Of a DNA stretch of 64,000 bases, positions 51,301 through 64,000 are shown piece by piece (within the stretch, counting starts at the first letter, position 1; each line of letters opens with the position of its first letter). Below the pieces are notes generated by a model. It saw only the letters and a list, made by a program, of their open reading frames with translations. It was not told the origin of the DNA and ran no database searches. Position numbers and translations under genes: made by a program. The stretch comes from Saccostrea cucullata (taxonomy: Eukaryota), in NCBI RefSeq assembly GCF_032062105.1, contig NW_026940638.1:1-64000 (forward strand). Reading direction: 5' to 3'.

Positions 51301-54300
51301 TGAAAAAGATCCCTCCCTGCTCAATGGCCCTGAGTGCGGAGTATAGGACTGGCAAGTGGTGGCATTTCCATCCGAGTGAAAAATTCTCGAGAGGGATGTT
51401 AAATAATGTTCAATCAATCATATTAGAGCCTTTCAAACAAAGCAACTTTGCTCCAATCTTATGTTTGCATATCTATATAAAAAAAAAACTTTCCAGTTTA
51501 TCCCAACTTGCTGGAAAATGGATTTCTACCAAATACCATACATGCCAAATAAAATAATTTACAATATCCAACATCATCTACACCAAACTGAAAATGCCAC
51601 TTTAAAGCTGAACATGAATCATGAAAGGAATTTGTCCCACAGATCATCCAGTAAGTCTCTCACTTTATCTCAGGGCCGTTCGGTATAAAGCCGCTCACTT
51701 AGGCCTAGAAAAAAAATATGTTTGTTTCTGCTTTCAGGCTGAAAAAATATAGGGTAGGTAGGTAGGCAATTTTTTTTTTTTTGAAAAAATTTTTTTTGCT
51801 TCTTTAATCAAAACGTGTATAGAAGTAACATTAATGACAAAAGAAATGTGTTTTCAAGCATTACTGTGACTTAACTTATAATAGAAAGGTGACCCAAACT
51901 TCTTTCTGTCTTGAAAAGCTTGCAAAGTTGGAGGCTATAATTCCCTGGTTGAAATCTTGCACATCATGGGACAAAAGCATTAAAAAAATATTTAGGGTCG
52001 GCACTATAAATTAGGGTCGGTCGGGAAAGTGGAAACAAACATATTTTTTTTCTAGGCCTTAGTCACTTTTCAGTGTAATTAATGAACACCAGTGTAGACA
52101 GATGTATACTAGACAGCATTCAGTAGCGACGAAAATAATAACTCTGCACTTCATCTAATGCAGGGGGTAAGATACCAAAGAAACTTACAACAGTTGCACA
52201 GGTCAGCCCCCCAAATTGATTTGACTGTTAAAAATTATTTTACAAACTTTTAAGTCCACAAAAATTTACGTTTTTGAACTAATTATACAGAGAAGCATGT
52301 TTATACCTTATGCCAAACCCGACTAAATGACGATCCCGACCGAAAAACAAACCGAACCGAAAGTAGAGATTTTGTACAGTGTATCAAACCCAGAAAAAAA
52401 TACCGCGGTGAACCATTTCACTCCTAATTCAAACAACAATTTAAAATGAACCATCCTCAGTTTACTCCATTATTCATGGAAAAAAAGATATGAATCTGAT
52501 GGGTTTTTTTTTAAAACTAAGAACCAATTATTCAAGTCACAGTTACATACAGGAACAACCTCTACCTTCATGTATCATATTTTTCTACAATAAAATTAAT
52601 TTTTACTTCAGTCTGTACAAGACCTATAAATGGACCAGAGTGGTGAAAGTCTATTGATACTTTTGGCAAGGCTGGTTGGTAAACAAAACTGTCTGAATTG
52701 ACAAATGTACAGAAAATGCCATATCAAATGAGGGTTGAAAAAATCAGGCATGATGCAACTTCTGCAAAGATCATGATCAGGATGCACAGATGAAGGTCAG
52801 AAAAAAAGAAAAGAGATGGCACGTGGCAATGGAGGTAAAACAGACTCATCAAGCAAAGACGTATATATTCTTTATGTCTCTGACTACTGATGTCACCTGC
52901 ATGGCACACTGGTTGTGTCACAAAGTAAGGAATCGATCCTTATGTAGCATATTTGAATCCCACGGTGAGATGTGGAGATCGGTCCTTCTGATGAGACCCT
53001 ATAAATTGAGGTCCCATGTCGCAGTAGGTGCTGGCACAAAAAAGATCCCTCACAGCTCAATGGCCCCGAGTGCGGGGTATAGGTCCAGCAAGTGGTGGCA
53101 TCTCCATCTGAGTGAAAAATTCTTTAGAGGGACGTTAACCATATAATCAATCAATCTGATTTCTGAATCTTTGTATTATGGAAAGACAACTGTATAGGAC
53201 ATCTTTGTAGTTACTTTTTTCCCTGTCTGTATAAAAATATCAAAGGTACCGGTATGTATATCTGGTATGTGAAAACGGTCCAAAAAAGCCTGTCTTTGGC
53301 CGCCAAATGTCTGAAAATGATTTTAAACCTTCCAAAACTCTGTGTGTAAGTGGACTGTTACATAAAATAATATTGAATCCCACATTGACGAAGTCCAGTT
53401 CAAAACAAACTTAAATTTAGAGACATAGATTTTTTTAAAAGTAAGAAAAAAGTATTTTAATGAAGAATATAAATAAACTCTCAAGAAATAGAGATTAACC
53501 CTCTCGTTTTACTTTGGCCCCTTCACTTGATTTTTTTTTTTTTTTTTTGCCTTGCATATCATACATTTATACCAGTAAGTATGCCAGTCGAAAATTTCAC
53601 ATTATTTCCACAAGAACAAGTATTCAAATCCTCACAAAAACGTGCAACACTGACGATATCCACAGGATTTTCAAGGAAGTGACGGTGCATTCACAATAAA
53701 ATGAAAATCTGATTTAAAACCCCAAGAGTTGTCTCATATTCCACTTGGGATTGACACATCGGATATCCTGGTTGCATTACACAGGTATAAAGAGAGGTAA
53801 CCTATATTTCACTCCTAGATCCGCCCCTGCTAGCCACTCAATAAAAAAAACATGAACAAACTCTCCCCTACATCTAAACACTTACAAATCCCATGACTTT
53901 TCAACCAAAGTTTTCCAAACGACATTCAGACTAGTGAAGAATTTCCATTTTAAGTCCTACAGAATAGAAAACTTTGAGCCGAGTCAGTGAGTGCTGCGAA
54001 CACAGTGACACCTCTTGATGCTCGCTTTACATTGCTGATAAAACCATGCCCTGCACGACCTGCAACTGCAAGTGTGAGCATTGACTAACCTACGTTTAAT
54101 TGCGTTTTTCCTTCGTTTTCCTTCCTTGAGTACTTTCTTCTTCGTCACTCATGCCACTTTTCGAGCAGAAGATTGTAGAGGTGCGGGAAAATGGTGACCA
54201 ATGAAATTATCGAAAAATAAATCATAAACCTGGACGCACAGAGTGTAATTCTCCGGATAAACAAAACGTGAATCGTGCCGCTGCGACCAATATTAGATAA

Positions 54301-54630
54301 TCTTTTAAATTTCAAATAATCATCTGCAATTTTACACCAGAGATAACCAAAAAATAATAATAACAACAACAACAAACAAATAAAATAAAAAAAATACATA
54401 AACAGTTTATGAAGATGTTACAAAAAGGAAAACCAAGCACAAAATTGTTCCGATTTATATTATCATTATGTGTTAATCAGTTAGTAAAGTAAAGACTTCA
54501 TTCTAATATAGAAAACACTATTCATCCACATTTTGATTAAAATCATGAAACCTACCAAAAATTCAATAATCTCTTCTTTTGTCATCTTTCGGTTGTGATC
54601 ATGGTGATTTTGCTCAGATCCAGAACTCAT
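48304..54630 (-). CDS. Uncharacterised, largely disordered protein (~648 aa); exon 54630-54556 joined to large exon 50175-48304
   Basis: A 623-codon ORF starts right at a ttttag acceptor (50176-50177). An upstream exon, MSSGSEQNHHDHNRKMTKEEIIEFL, is bounded by ttacag and gtaggt and joins in phase 0 (..EEIIEFL|VMALQSNG). TATA-like box at ~54840-54847. The large exon is well supported; the join is inferred. Confidence 0.7.
51140..51420 (+). mobile_element. Full-length tRNA-derived Deu/Nin-type SINE
   Basis: A box (GGCGCAGTAGTTAG), B box (GGTTCAAATCCC), core GTCCTTTGGATCAGAC..AAAGATCCCTCC, (CAAT)n tail, and 10-bp TSD TATTAGAGCC (51130-51139, 51421-51430). Confidence 0.85.
51702..52058. mobile_element. 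PIF/Harbinger-type MITE, copy 2 (inside an older repeat)
   Basis: Same TIRs with TTA TSD (51699-51701, 52059-52061); it splits the dispersed repeat at 51602-52205. Confidence 0.88.
52925..53156 (+). mobile_element. Deu/Nin-type SINE, 5' degenerate
   Basis: GGTCCTTCTGATGAGACC..GAGGTCCCATGTCGCAGTAGGTGCTGGCAC..AAAGATCCCTC core and (AATC)n tail. Confidence 0.78.
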
Positions 54631-56033
54631 CTTGCTGTAAGTGAGCGTGCTTTGACCCTCTGACCTACCCCACGCAGCTGGGATAGCTGATAAAAAAAAA
54701 ATTCCTCCTGGGGCGGGGATAATCAATAATCAACGAATCATGAAGCTTTGAATCTGACACTTGTTAACATCCACAGAGCGGGAAGTGGATCCCTGGGTAG
54801 GAATCGAGAAGCGATGATTTAGTGCTGTTACTTCTCTGATTATATAGGTGTTTATCACTGTTTTATGCCCCCTGGCTAAGATTTTACGCTTATATTGGAT
54901 AATTATAAAATTTACAACTTTCCCAGAAATAAAAACAGTGGAGAAAGTTCATTGTTGAAAAGCCGTTAATTATTACATATGCCGAAATAATGGAATTACC
55001 GCTGTACTGGATTTTGACATGTGAATAATTGAATAATCTCCTAGATGTTAATTCATAGAAACTATTAAGACCTTAGAGGGACCAGAACAGTCGTTTCCGA
55101 TGCCTTGTAAAAACTTGAAGCGATAAACCACATTGTTCTCAATTGTATTTATTTACTTTAGGTGAGAACGTTTGTTTTTACAGTCATCTTTATGACTTTC
55201 AAAAATTATTCTTCTTGGAATTCCATTCTGTTTACCGCTTCTTTACATGTTTGTGTTAAAAGGATTACTCGAGAGCAATTAAGATAAAAGTCATGATAAT
55301 TTAAGAAGATAAGAATTACTTTCTAACAATACTAACAAGTCCATAGCCAAGTGTAAGATTTCTCCTATAAATATGTAAAGTTGAAAAAAAAATCTGATCA
55401 CCTTGGTTTATATAACATCCTTACATACGACTGATATGTCTAGTAATTTTGTAAAAAATGTCGTGACATTGACGGATATATGTATATATTTTTTTAATTA
55501 TGAAATATTTAAAAATTATCTGTCGATTTTTTTCAATGTGAAAATGATTAACTTAAAGCATAAAAATAAAGTTTGCAGCTTAACTTTAATTTTTGTATTT
55601 CAATTAATGTTCAATAAAGTAATTCAAACATGAAAGGTATCTTATTGCTCACTTTTTGTCTTTCTTCTTATGGATGCATGGTGTGCATATTTGTACAATG
55701 ATAGGTATAAAGGGGTGTATACAAAAAATCTTTCTTAAACACCCCAACTTATTTTAAAGTCGGATTTAAGCGGTCAAAAGTCCCTTGACTAATTTTAAGC
55801 CAACGTAAGAATTAAAAGTCAGTATGGCGTATAGCTAGGTTTATTCCCACTTACCCAACAAAATACATAGGTATGTTTTCAAAATATTGGCTAAATGGGA
55901 TTTCAATTACAAATCATGCTCAACTTCAGATTTATGTCCCAGAATCATAAAATGACACGTTGCATAATAATGTAGATGTATTTTGTAATCAATTTTGTTT
56001 TAGTACAACCACGAAGAAGTCTTTAATATAGTC

Positions 56034-59000
56034 CTATATCAATGTTCCATGGTCGCATATTGCGTCAGCAGTATCTGTCGGGGGCACTTTCTTGTCAAGT
56101 CCTGGAATTAGTTTCACCAGATCGTCAACCTTGGGATACCTCTTTAAAAATAACGTAATGCAGAGGACTGCAGCCACTTGTGAGGACAAGTAAGAGATTG
56201 TGAGTACGTAAGCGGACCAGCCATAGCGGTATTCGAAATGTAAATCTTCCTTCTCTGGGTCTGCATAATGGACGCCGTCGTTAACGTATGTAATGTACAA
56301 CACAATCCCAACCGCCGTGGACAGGCCTACAAAGTGAAGTTTTCATTAGAGATCGACAACTGTATACAACAGCATTAAAATACTAGTACATGTATTCAGC
56401 AAAATTGTTCAGCGTCACTACATAAAGTTTAAAATCTAAAAATGATAAAGACGCTTACAACAAGAGGACCCTCAAGAAATGTATAAGCCCTGCTGCTTTT
56501 TTACAAGACGATTGTTATAAAATATTTTTTTCCTTATTCATTTACATTGAAAATTGATTGTGGCCCCTCCTAGCTCTAAGGTCATGTCTTAACCATACCT
56601 TGGACCGGGAATCTTCAATATTCCTAACATTTTTTATTGACTTTAAACACAAACATACACACACCAAGGCTGGGAGAGTTGAAAATGTACATTTTGGAAT
56701 ATCATGAAAAAACAAAAAAAATATGAATACACAAATATAATACAATAGATGATATTATATCTAGATGTTTATGTTTTCAAATACATGGTTCCAGCCATTC
56801 CATCTTCTTTTATACACACGAAGTTCATTGTTAAACTTATATACAGTTTTCCTTCAAATTTATAATAAACACATACAAGTATTTAATGACAATATGTCAT
56901 TCAATATGACTAACATACTCTTGTTCTGGGGAATATGTATAAATTTATGTATTGTGAAAAATATGATCTTCAGTTTTTGCCCAACCACAATGTATAACTC
57001 CAGCTTCCACTGTCTGAAAAAAAATGTATCCATGCAACTTGATAATACTTGCATGTTTACCCGGTATTTATTGTGGCTCTTCTACTTTTGAATTTCAAAC
57101 AAATCTAGAAATCATGAAAAAAGTGAAATATCTATATATATATATATATATTCTATGTCAGATTTTAAAAAATATTTTTCGTTATATTCCAAAGTAAAAT
57201 AAATCTCAATCCTTTTAGTATTGTGGCAAGTTTAGTTGAAAAGCCCAATGCTTCTAGAGAAGAAGTCGAAAAAAGTTTTTCAAAAAATACAGACGGACGG
57301 AAAGAAAGAACGACGGCGGAATTTTTTTTTTAAAGTTGCAGGTCAACACTAAGCCATAATTGTATGAAAAGATATTACATGTTGTGTGGATTCAAGTTTT
57401 TTTTTTTCAAATTATGTACACTCGCGGTAGTAATATCCAGGATTAAATTCTACACATAGCATAAAACAGATTTTTTTAAAAACATTCCAAAAACATTCCA
57501 TAGAACGCCATCATATTCAGAATCCCCATGTAAAGTTTGGTTGAAATTGGTCGAGCAGTTCTAAAGAAGAAATGAAACTGAAAAGTTCATGACGACACCG
57601 ACACCGACTACAATAACGACAGAAAACGGACAATTTTTGCCCCAAAACATAGACATAGGTTTCTAGATAGCAGTGAAAAACTCAGGATTTGCCTTGCAGT
57701 GGAATTTGCAGCCCGAATTTGACATTTGTGTCAAAAATATATTCAAATCTGTTATGAACTATATTTTAATAATTTCATTTATGTTGAAATCATGATAGAT
57801 GTCAATCTTGAGGCTGCTTATACCTGCGATGATGTAAATGATTCCTGCGATGAGCGTCCTACTATTCTGTTTGACCACACCCACAACGTGAAAAATGGCG
57901 GCCAATAGCATCAAGCATAGATTTACCACAAAGAAAGGCGCGGTATTCCTCTGAGACTCTAAAATAGGAAAAAAATCAAACGTTTATCTCTTGAAATAGT
58001 ATAGCAACCGAAGTAAATTTGAATTACCATATTTAATATTTATATTGGGTTCACAAACTTCATAAAATTCCTTAAAAACAAAGATACATGACGGGTTCCA
58101 GTATATGTTCAACCAAGCCTCTTTCTTTACTTCTCACTAAGATATTATTAGTAGTGAATGAGAAATTTCAAGACTACTATGCAACAGTGCAATATATTCA
58201 AGAAGTGGTGTAAATCAGATGTGGATACTTAAAAATTCTAAGGAACTTTTGTAAAATTTGAAATCACAAGACTTAACCAAAAACAACAGTTTCCGATTTT
58301 TTAACTTTATACATAGCCATACATAGAGATATTAATAAACTGGTATCTTTTCATAATAAACTGGTAAACTGGTAAGCCATTCCCAATTCGATAAAATCAA
58401 GTCAAGGATTTTTTATATCACAGACAGCTGCTCTTTCCATTTAAAATGGAACACATAAATTTACTTACAAAAATGTACCTGGTCATTGATTATTTGCAAA
58501 ATTAATTTGTTAAAAAAATCTTCCTTATTGTACACACAATTACTCTGAAGTTGACATTGAAAAGATGCTTGAGTTTCCGATTGACAATATATATGTGGTT
58601 TGTGGAGACCATGTCTTCCAACAATCTACTGGAATTCCCATGGGTACCAACTGCGCCCCGTTATTAGCAGACCTATTTTTGTATTCATATGAAGCAGAAT
58701 TTGTTCAAAATCTTATGCGTGAAAAGAGGAAAACACTTGCTGTGGCCTTCAACTCGACATTTAGATATATCGATAACGTATTGTCAATTAACAATGGTTA
58801 TTTCCATTCTTATGTCGACATGATATATCTCGATGAGCTTGAGAAAAATATACCACGGAGTTTGACATATTTCATATTCGGATATTTTACTTGAACGAGT
58901 CATTAATGCCAATCTAACAACCAAGCTTAATGATAAACGTTATCACTTTAACTTTTTAATCGTCAACTTCCCTTACTTATGCCGCAATATACCTTCATCA

Positions 59001-62000
59001 CCTGCCTGCGGGTTTATATCTCTCAGCTGATTCGATACGCAAGAGCATGCTCTATGCACGAACAATTTCTAAGACGAGGTACAATACTGACAAACAAGTC
59101 GATGAAACAAGAATACAACATGTCTTGTTTAAAGTAATCATTTCGTAAGTTCTATGGTCGATACAATGACAGCAAACACCAAATTTATCATCGAGTCAAA
59201 TGTTGACCGATATTTTTCATACAAATTGTTAGGCCATTATTTACACACTAAATTGTTGACGGATTTTCCCATTATTTCCCGATCATGACAAAGAGCTTAC
59301 AGCAAGTGTGGCCAGTCGGTAGGGGATGCTCTCTGCTCCATGGCACCTGGTCCCACCTCTGATTTGGGGGTCCTTGCTTGCTCTGCTCCTATTTTGTATT
59401 GTTTTCTGGATTTTTGAGCTTGAATACGGTTCGTTATCTCCATATATTTAATTCAAATACTAACCAAATGAATGGAATGATCTTTCAAAATATATCTGAT
59501 TATTTAATCTTAGCACAAAGAAATCTCTTTTTATATTCTAAATAGTCCAAATGAAAATTTTATAAATTCATAATCATTAAATAATGATCGCCTTGTATCT
59601 AATTTATAAACTAAATACGAGTCAAATGGAATAAAAACACCAAACATTAATTACCAGCTATTTTAAATGTTGTCTCTTGCTTTGATTTGTCCTCAGAGGA
59701 TGTCGATTCGTACTCGAACAAACTCTGACATATCACATTAGGAGCCGTGTCATTCCAGTCTGTGGAGGGAGAAAAAAGCAGTGTTTTACAATGTTACCAT
59801 ATATGTGTAGTATTTTTATTGAAATCTTAAACAATTAGTTTCTTCTGATAAAATATGAATGTGCAAGGATAGTCCATGCACATGTTGTCTCAATTACAGG
59901 AATTCGTCGTTACCATAAACACAAAAGGGGCCAATGTGTGTCACAACTCTCACTTTGGTCAATTCTTTTTCTGACCATGCAATTTAATATTAAGAATATA
60001 AAAGATGAATTCCTTGACACTTTGTCAGAATGGATTAAATGTATCAGATCTATGCTACAGTCGCTGATAAAGCAGGTAACAAAAATTGTCTTCGTTTGTA
60101 AGGCTCATTATATAAATAGTATTTTATAAGAACTTGGATTTAATTCTACAAGTGGAAATCCAACTCATTCCCAAACAACCAAAATTAATTTGAATTACCA
60201 TATCTATATTGAATCCCGAAACTTCGTAAAAATCCTTTCAAACGAACATACATAGCGTATTCCAGTAAATATTCAACTAAGCCTCTTTCTTCACTCCTCA
60301 CTAAGATATTAACAGAAGCGAAAGAGAAACATCAAGTGTACGCAACTTTAAACAATAGAAGACAACTAACCTGGGAATGGGTTAGAAGGGTACCACATTT
60401 TGAGAGTCATACAAACTTGCCACAGTCCAAAGTGTGTTGTTATGTTCGTTAGATAGGCTATAAAAGAAAAATAACAGTTTGTTAATTATAATGCAGAATT
60501 ATTGCATTATATCATCTTTTTGCAAGCATAATTTATATATATGCTATCATGAAAAGGTATCCAAGTACAATGTAGAAAGTTTCAAATTATTATCTAGTGA
60601 GTGCCTGTTAATATTTTTTAGATATTTGGATAAGGCCATTCACTATTCACTAGATGTGCTTGTGAAACACCATGGCACCATGGGGGTGACTTTTGTAAAT
60701 TTCACTTTGGTCTTGATCTGACATGAAATCTTGTGGAATACGATATAGTTCGAAAGAAACTTGTACATCGGAGAAATGCATACATAATACGGTATATTTT
60801 GTATCATTGAAGCGGAATCTAAAGAATCTGGAGAGAGCCAAGTAGTTCACTATTTCAACACATTTCGCACATTGGGTATTGGGCATCGACAGCATCCAAT
60901 GCTGCAATATCTATGACGCGACAATTATATAGTACTATAGTGATATGCAATATAAAGATAGAGAAGATCGCTGTACTTCGTCATACTACCATCGAGTCAT
61001 CGATAATCGGATTGTCATCATCACATTGTTGCGACATCGGATTGTCATCATCACGTTATCGCGCCATCCACCCAAGGCTTGATACCGCGATGGTGTGAAC
61101 TATGTACCCATTATAGATTCTGTAAAAGTCTATTTCTCAAAGTTTTTCATATCTTACGGATCGCAGGAGACTCCATCAGAAATGTGTCATTTGCTTCCAT
61201 TTCACCTCCAATAGGCATTAAAGGCTTTCTAAAAATAAACAAAAGTTACGTAATTAAACACCCAATATGAGCGTGACCCGTGATTTTGCTAATTATTGAT
61301 ACATGTTAAAGATATGGTTGGTTTAGCAAAGTTTCCCGGACAACAATATGTAGCATAAACCTTTGTCGATCCTCTCTTTTTTTATTTTCATATGTTTGTC
61401 AATATTGGTACACGACATATTCCTTTGATACCGCTTATGCATTTCCTTTATTGTCACAAATGTTATCATGTCGATAGACTAATCAACACATAAGTTTTGT
61501 TTAGCAAACCTTTAATTTTTTTATAATGAAAAATACATGACATTAAACCCAAGTTTATGATTGAATTAGATTTTAATGTGACAAAAGCTATGAACATTTC
61601 TATTTTCTCATTCTACAAGATATGTTATACTTTTCAAGTTAATTCGATTATTAATATCATCATCAATAAGATAAATACTGTCAGAGTTTTACATCAGAGA
61701 AAGCTAAGGTCTTGATGTTCTTGTTCTTTTACATGATTTTTCAAATACAATCGAGCAACTAACCTCTCGAGTATCCTAGGTAAATTGTTAACATTTTTAT
61801 GTGCTCCTAATCACAATGCATATTCAGATTTGTTAAATTTAAAAGCTTTGTTGTCCTTTAAGGATTTTTTTTTAAAAAGACAGAATATGTAAAAAAAAAA
61901 ATTGATATTTTTGGGTTGTACGTACGTGGTTTCGTCCGCTATAATCCAGTTATGAGTAGCCACGGCGAGAGCCATTGTGCTGATAGCAGTGGCCCCAACA

Positions 62001-62041
62001 AATAAGGACACTTTTGTTATTGTATGAGTGGAATATCTCAT
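56034..62041 (-). CDS. Claudin/PMP22-superfamily tetraspan, voltage-gated calcium channel gamma subunit/TARP (CACNG5/7-like), 268 aa; exons 62041-61926, 61228-61158, 60457-60371, 59759-59655, 57958-57824, 56326-56034
   Basis: Six exons with GT-AG introns in consistent phase. TM1 ends AVATHNW; loop 1 has THFGLWQVC...C; then AGIIYIIAGLSTAVGIVLYITYVND and FEYRYGWS, as in stargazin/CACNG proteins. C-terminus -GTLI. Confidence 0.85.
58020..59450 (+). mobile_element. Penelope-like retroelement, best-preserved RT relic (intronic, antisense to the CACNG-like gene)
   Basis: ELPY..KLHK.P, SGVNQMWILKNSKELL, GIPMGTNCAPLLADLFLYSYEAEF, FRYIDNVLSINN and YISQLIRYARACS motifs plus the tail; frameshifted. A short related piece lies at ~60135-60345. 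Confidence 0.88.
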
Positions 62042-62659
62042 TTTGAAGGCTTCTGCAGTATAACCATTTTCTAGAACAAAGAATGTCTCTTTTCAGTTAT
62101 ATTAAACCAAATGATTTCAAACCCTATAAATTGAAATTGAATGAACTATATTTAAAGAAGTATGAACATTCCAAATAAGCATGAAGATCAAAGTAGATTT
62201 TGTACTATGTTTAATAGTGAAATTTTGGGTTTCATAATTAAAATTCATAATATAATATATATCATATATTTTTTTAGCACCATTTAATTGTATCCCTTGC
62301 AGAGCAAAAGGCTCATGGGCTTGAACAAGCAAATAACCTTGGTCATGCTGTTCTTGAGCAGGTTTTTGAAAAAATACATTTTCCCCTCTGAATTCTAAAG
62401 AAAACTGTTGACCCCAATGCTGTCGCTCCGCCTTAGTAATGAAAATCAGGGAAACTCACGTTTAAGAGTTGAAATACCTACCTTACGGACCTAACAAATG
62501 GTTCTGCTGATTTATTTTGGCAGAGGACAATGATGTCAAAGTTGCCAGCACAGAATATCAAACATTTACACTACGTATAATCGTGTGCTATTGAAATGCA
62601 CTTTATACTAACAGTTTATCTACTTACAAAGTGATCAATTACTTCATTGCTGCAATGTA

Positions 62660-63150
62660 AGAGGCGAAGATCACGGACATTGATCAATCTCATAAATAGA
62701 ATCGACAAAGTGAATCGTGAACAGGACAAACACAGTCCCCTGGAAACACCGGGGATGGAATCAGGTGCCTACGAGGAGTAAGCATCCCCTGTTGACCGAT
62801 CACATCCACCGTGAGACCTATGTATTGATCAGACAGACGGAGTATTCCGTAGTCAAATTTAGACAGTATAAAAGCAATAAAACAATTGATATGAAACAAC
62901 GACCCATGGCAAGCGATAAGTTATATTTACAAAAAAAGGTCATTATAACGACCGTAGAATTTTCGAAAAGCTATAATTAAAGGGATGCGCTGAAATTCTA
63001 GCAACATCAACTTATTTATCTGTAGCTTGCCTCGGTTTAAAAAAAAATTATCTTACTTAGAGCATGATCTTGCAATTGAATCAGTTGGGAAATATATTAC
63101 CAAAATAATGCAAGTGATGTTTGAATATTCTTACATTCACATGTATGATA
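62660..63150 (-). mobile_element. Penelope-like 3' fragment, different subfamily
   Basis: Minus strand SQLIQLQD.., FRKFYGRYNDL relic and tail variant ACGGTGGATGTGATCGGTCAACAGGGGATGCTTACTCCTCGTAGGCACCTGATTCCATCCC. Confidence 0.75.
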
Positions 63151-64000
63151 GAAGTAAACAATGGAAAAACTGAAGTTATTCCGACTGTCACATAGTTTAG
63201 TTATAAGTTGGTCATTATCGTCTGTAGGCAGTAAAACATCCAAATATGCAACAGAAGTGGCAGATTCTGTGGTATCATTTATTTCGAGTTCACTGGAATA
63301 TACTGAGTCGACATTTGAATGAAATTAATAAAACTTTTCGATACATATTTATCTAAATGCTGAGTTGAAGGCAACATCAAGAGCTAATAAAGGAAAACAA
63401 TTATGGACGAAACTATTTTCAATTATTTCAACTTCGTCGAAATACTGTATCTAAATGCTGAGTTAAAGGCCACAATAGGAGTTTACTTTTTCTCATGAAG
63501 AAGTTTTTGGAATAAATTGCGCTTCATAGAAATAATAAAACAGGTCTGCTAATAAAGGAACCCAATAAATGCCTTTAAAATTTTTTTATCATAGTATGGC
63601 CTGGATATTTTTAGACACCATGTTAAGTAATAAATGATCGCTAGAAACGGAATTCTAAATAAAAGTTAGGATACAGTAAAGTAGATTACCGGAAGTACTG
63701 GGCTATAAAGCACTCTCAGTAGCTGCTAATTCTTATTTCCCAACACATCCATTGCAGTAATTATATGCCATTATCCACTCAACAGATCGTCGTGCTCGAG
63801 GATAAAATTTGTCGCCTGAAGAAATATCAAAATATCACATTCCAGTTAATTATTGATGAAAGAGAACGGCGCGGTGCTTGTTTTTTCTAAAACGAAACAT
63901 TTAAAAAATTAATCATATGTTTGAAAAATCGAAACCCTTCCAGCAGAGTAAAAAATAAAGTTATATACAGAATTATTATATGAATAATGAATGTCTAATT

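Noticed and set aside
52985-53015. CTGATGAG as a hammerhead ribozyme core
   Set aside because: It is a variant of the SINE core (CGGATGAGAC-like in other copies) and lacks the downstream GAAA and helices.

Overview
AT-rich, intron-containing animal genomic DNA with two N-gaps. The repeat families suggest a bivalve, probably an oyster (inference). (1) 4.3-30.3 kb: a minus-strand tandem cluster of three intact secreted glycine-rich protein genes (327, 295 and 327 aa), plus a decayed fourth signal-peptide exon. Each gene has a signal peptide, a conserved Tyr-rich segment, Gly heptad repeats and a spliced 11-nt terminal coding exon giving ...KKLGYY*, which is shematrin-like (shell-matrix candidates). 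Copies 2 and 3 come from a ~6 kb tandem duplication, one unit of which grew through nested transposon insertions. (2) 35.8-40.0 kb: a plus-strand gene with 4 coding exons (~1301 aa). It has an N-terminal DUF3715 pseudo-PARP domain like TASOR/TEX15, followed by a long disordered region with SUMO, DPRL, RS and RG motifs. (3) 48.3-54.6 kb: a convergent, mostly disordered orphan gene with two DPRL motifs. (4) 56.0-62.0 kb: a six-exon claudin-superfamily CACNG/TARP-like gene (268 aa). The rest is dense in Penelope-like retroelement relics, Deu/Nin-type tRNA SINEs, mariner, MULE-, Kolobok- and PIF-like non-autonomous elements, Helentron-type satellite arrays and two hairpin-capped elements. Gene models were spliced by hand and family calls are from motif recall; no database search was run.
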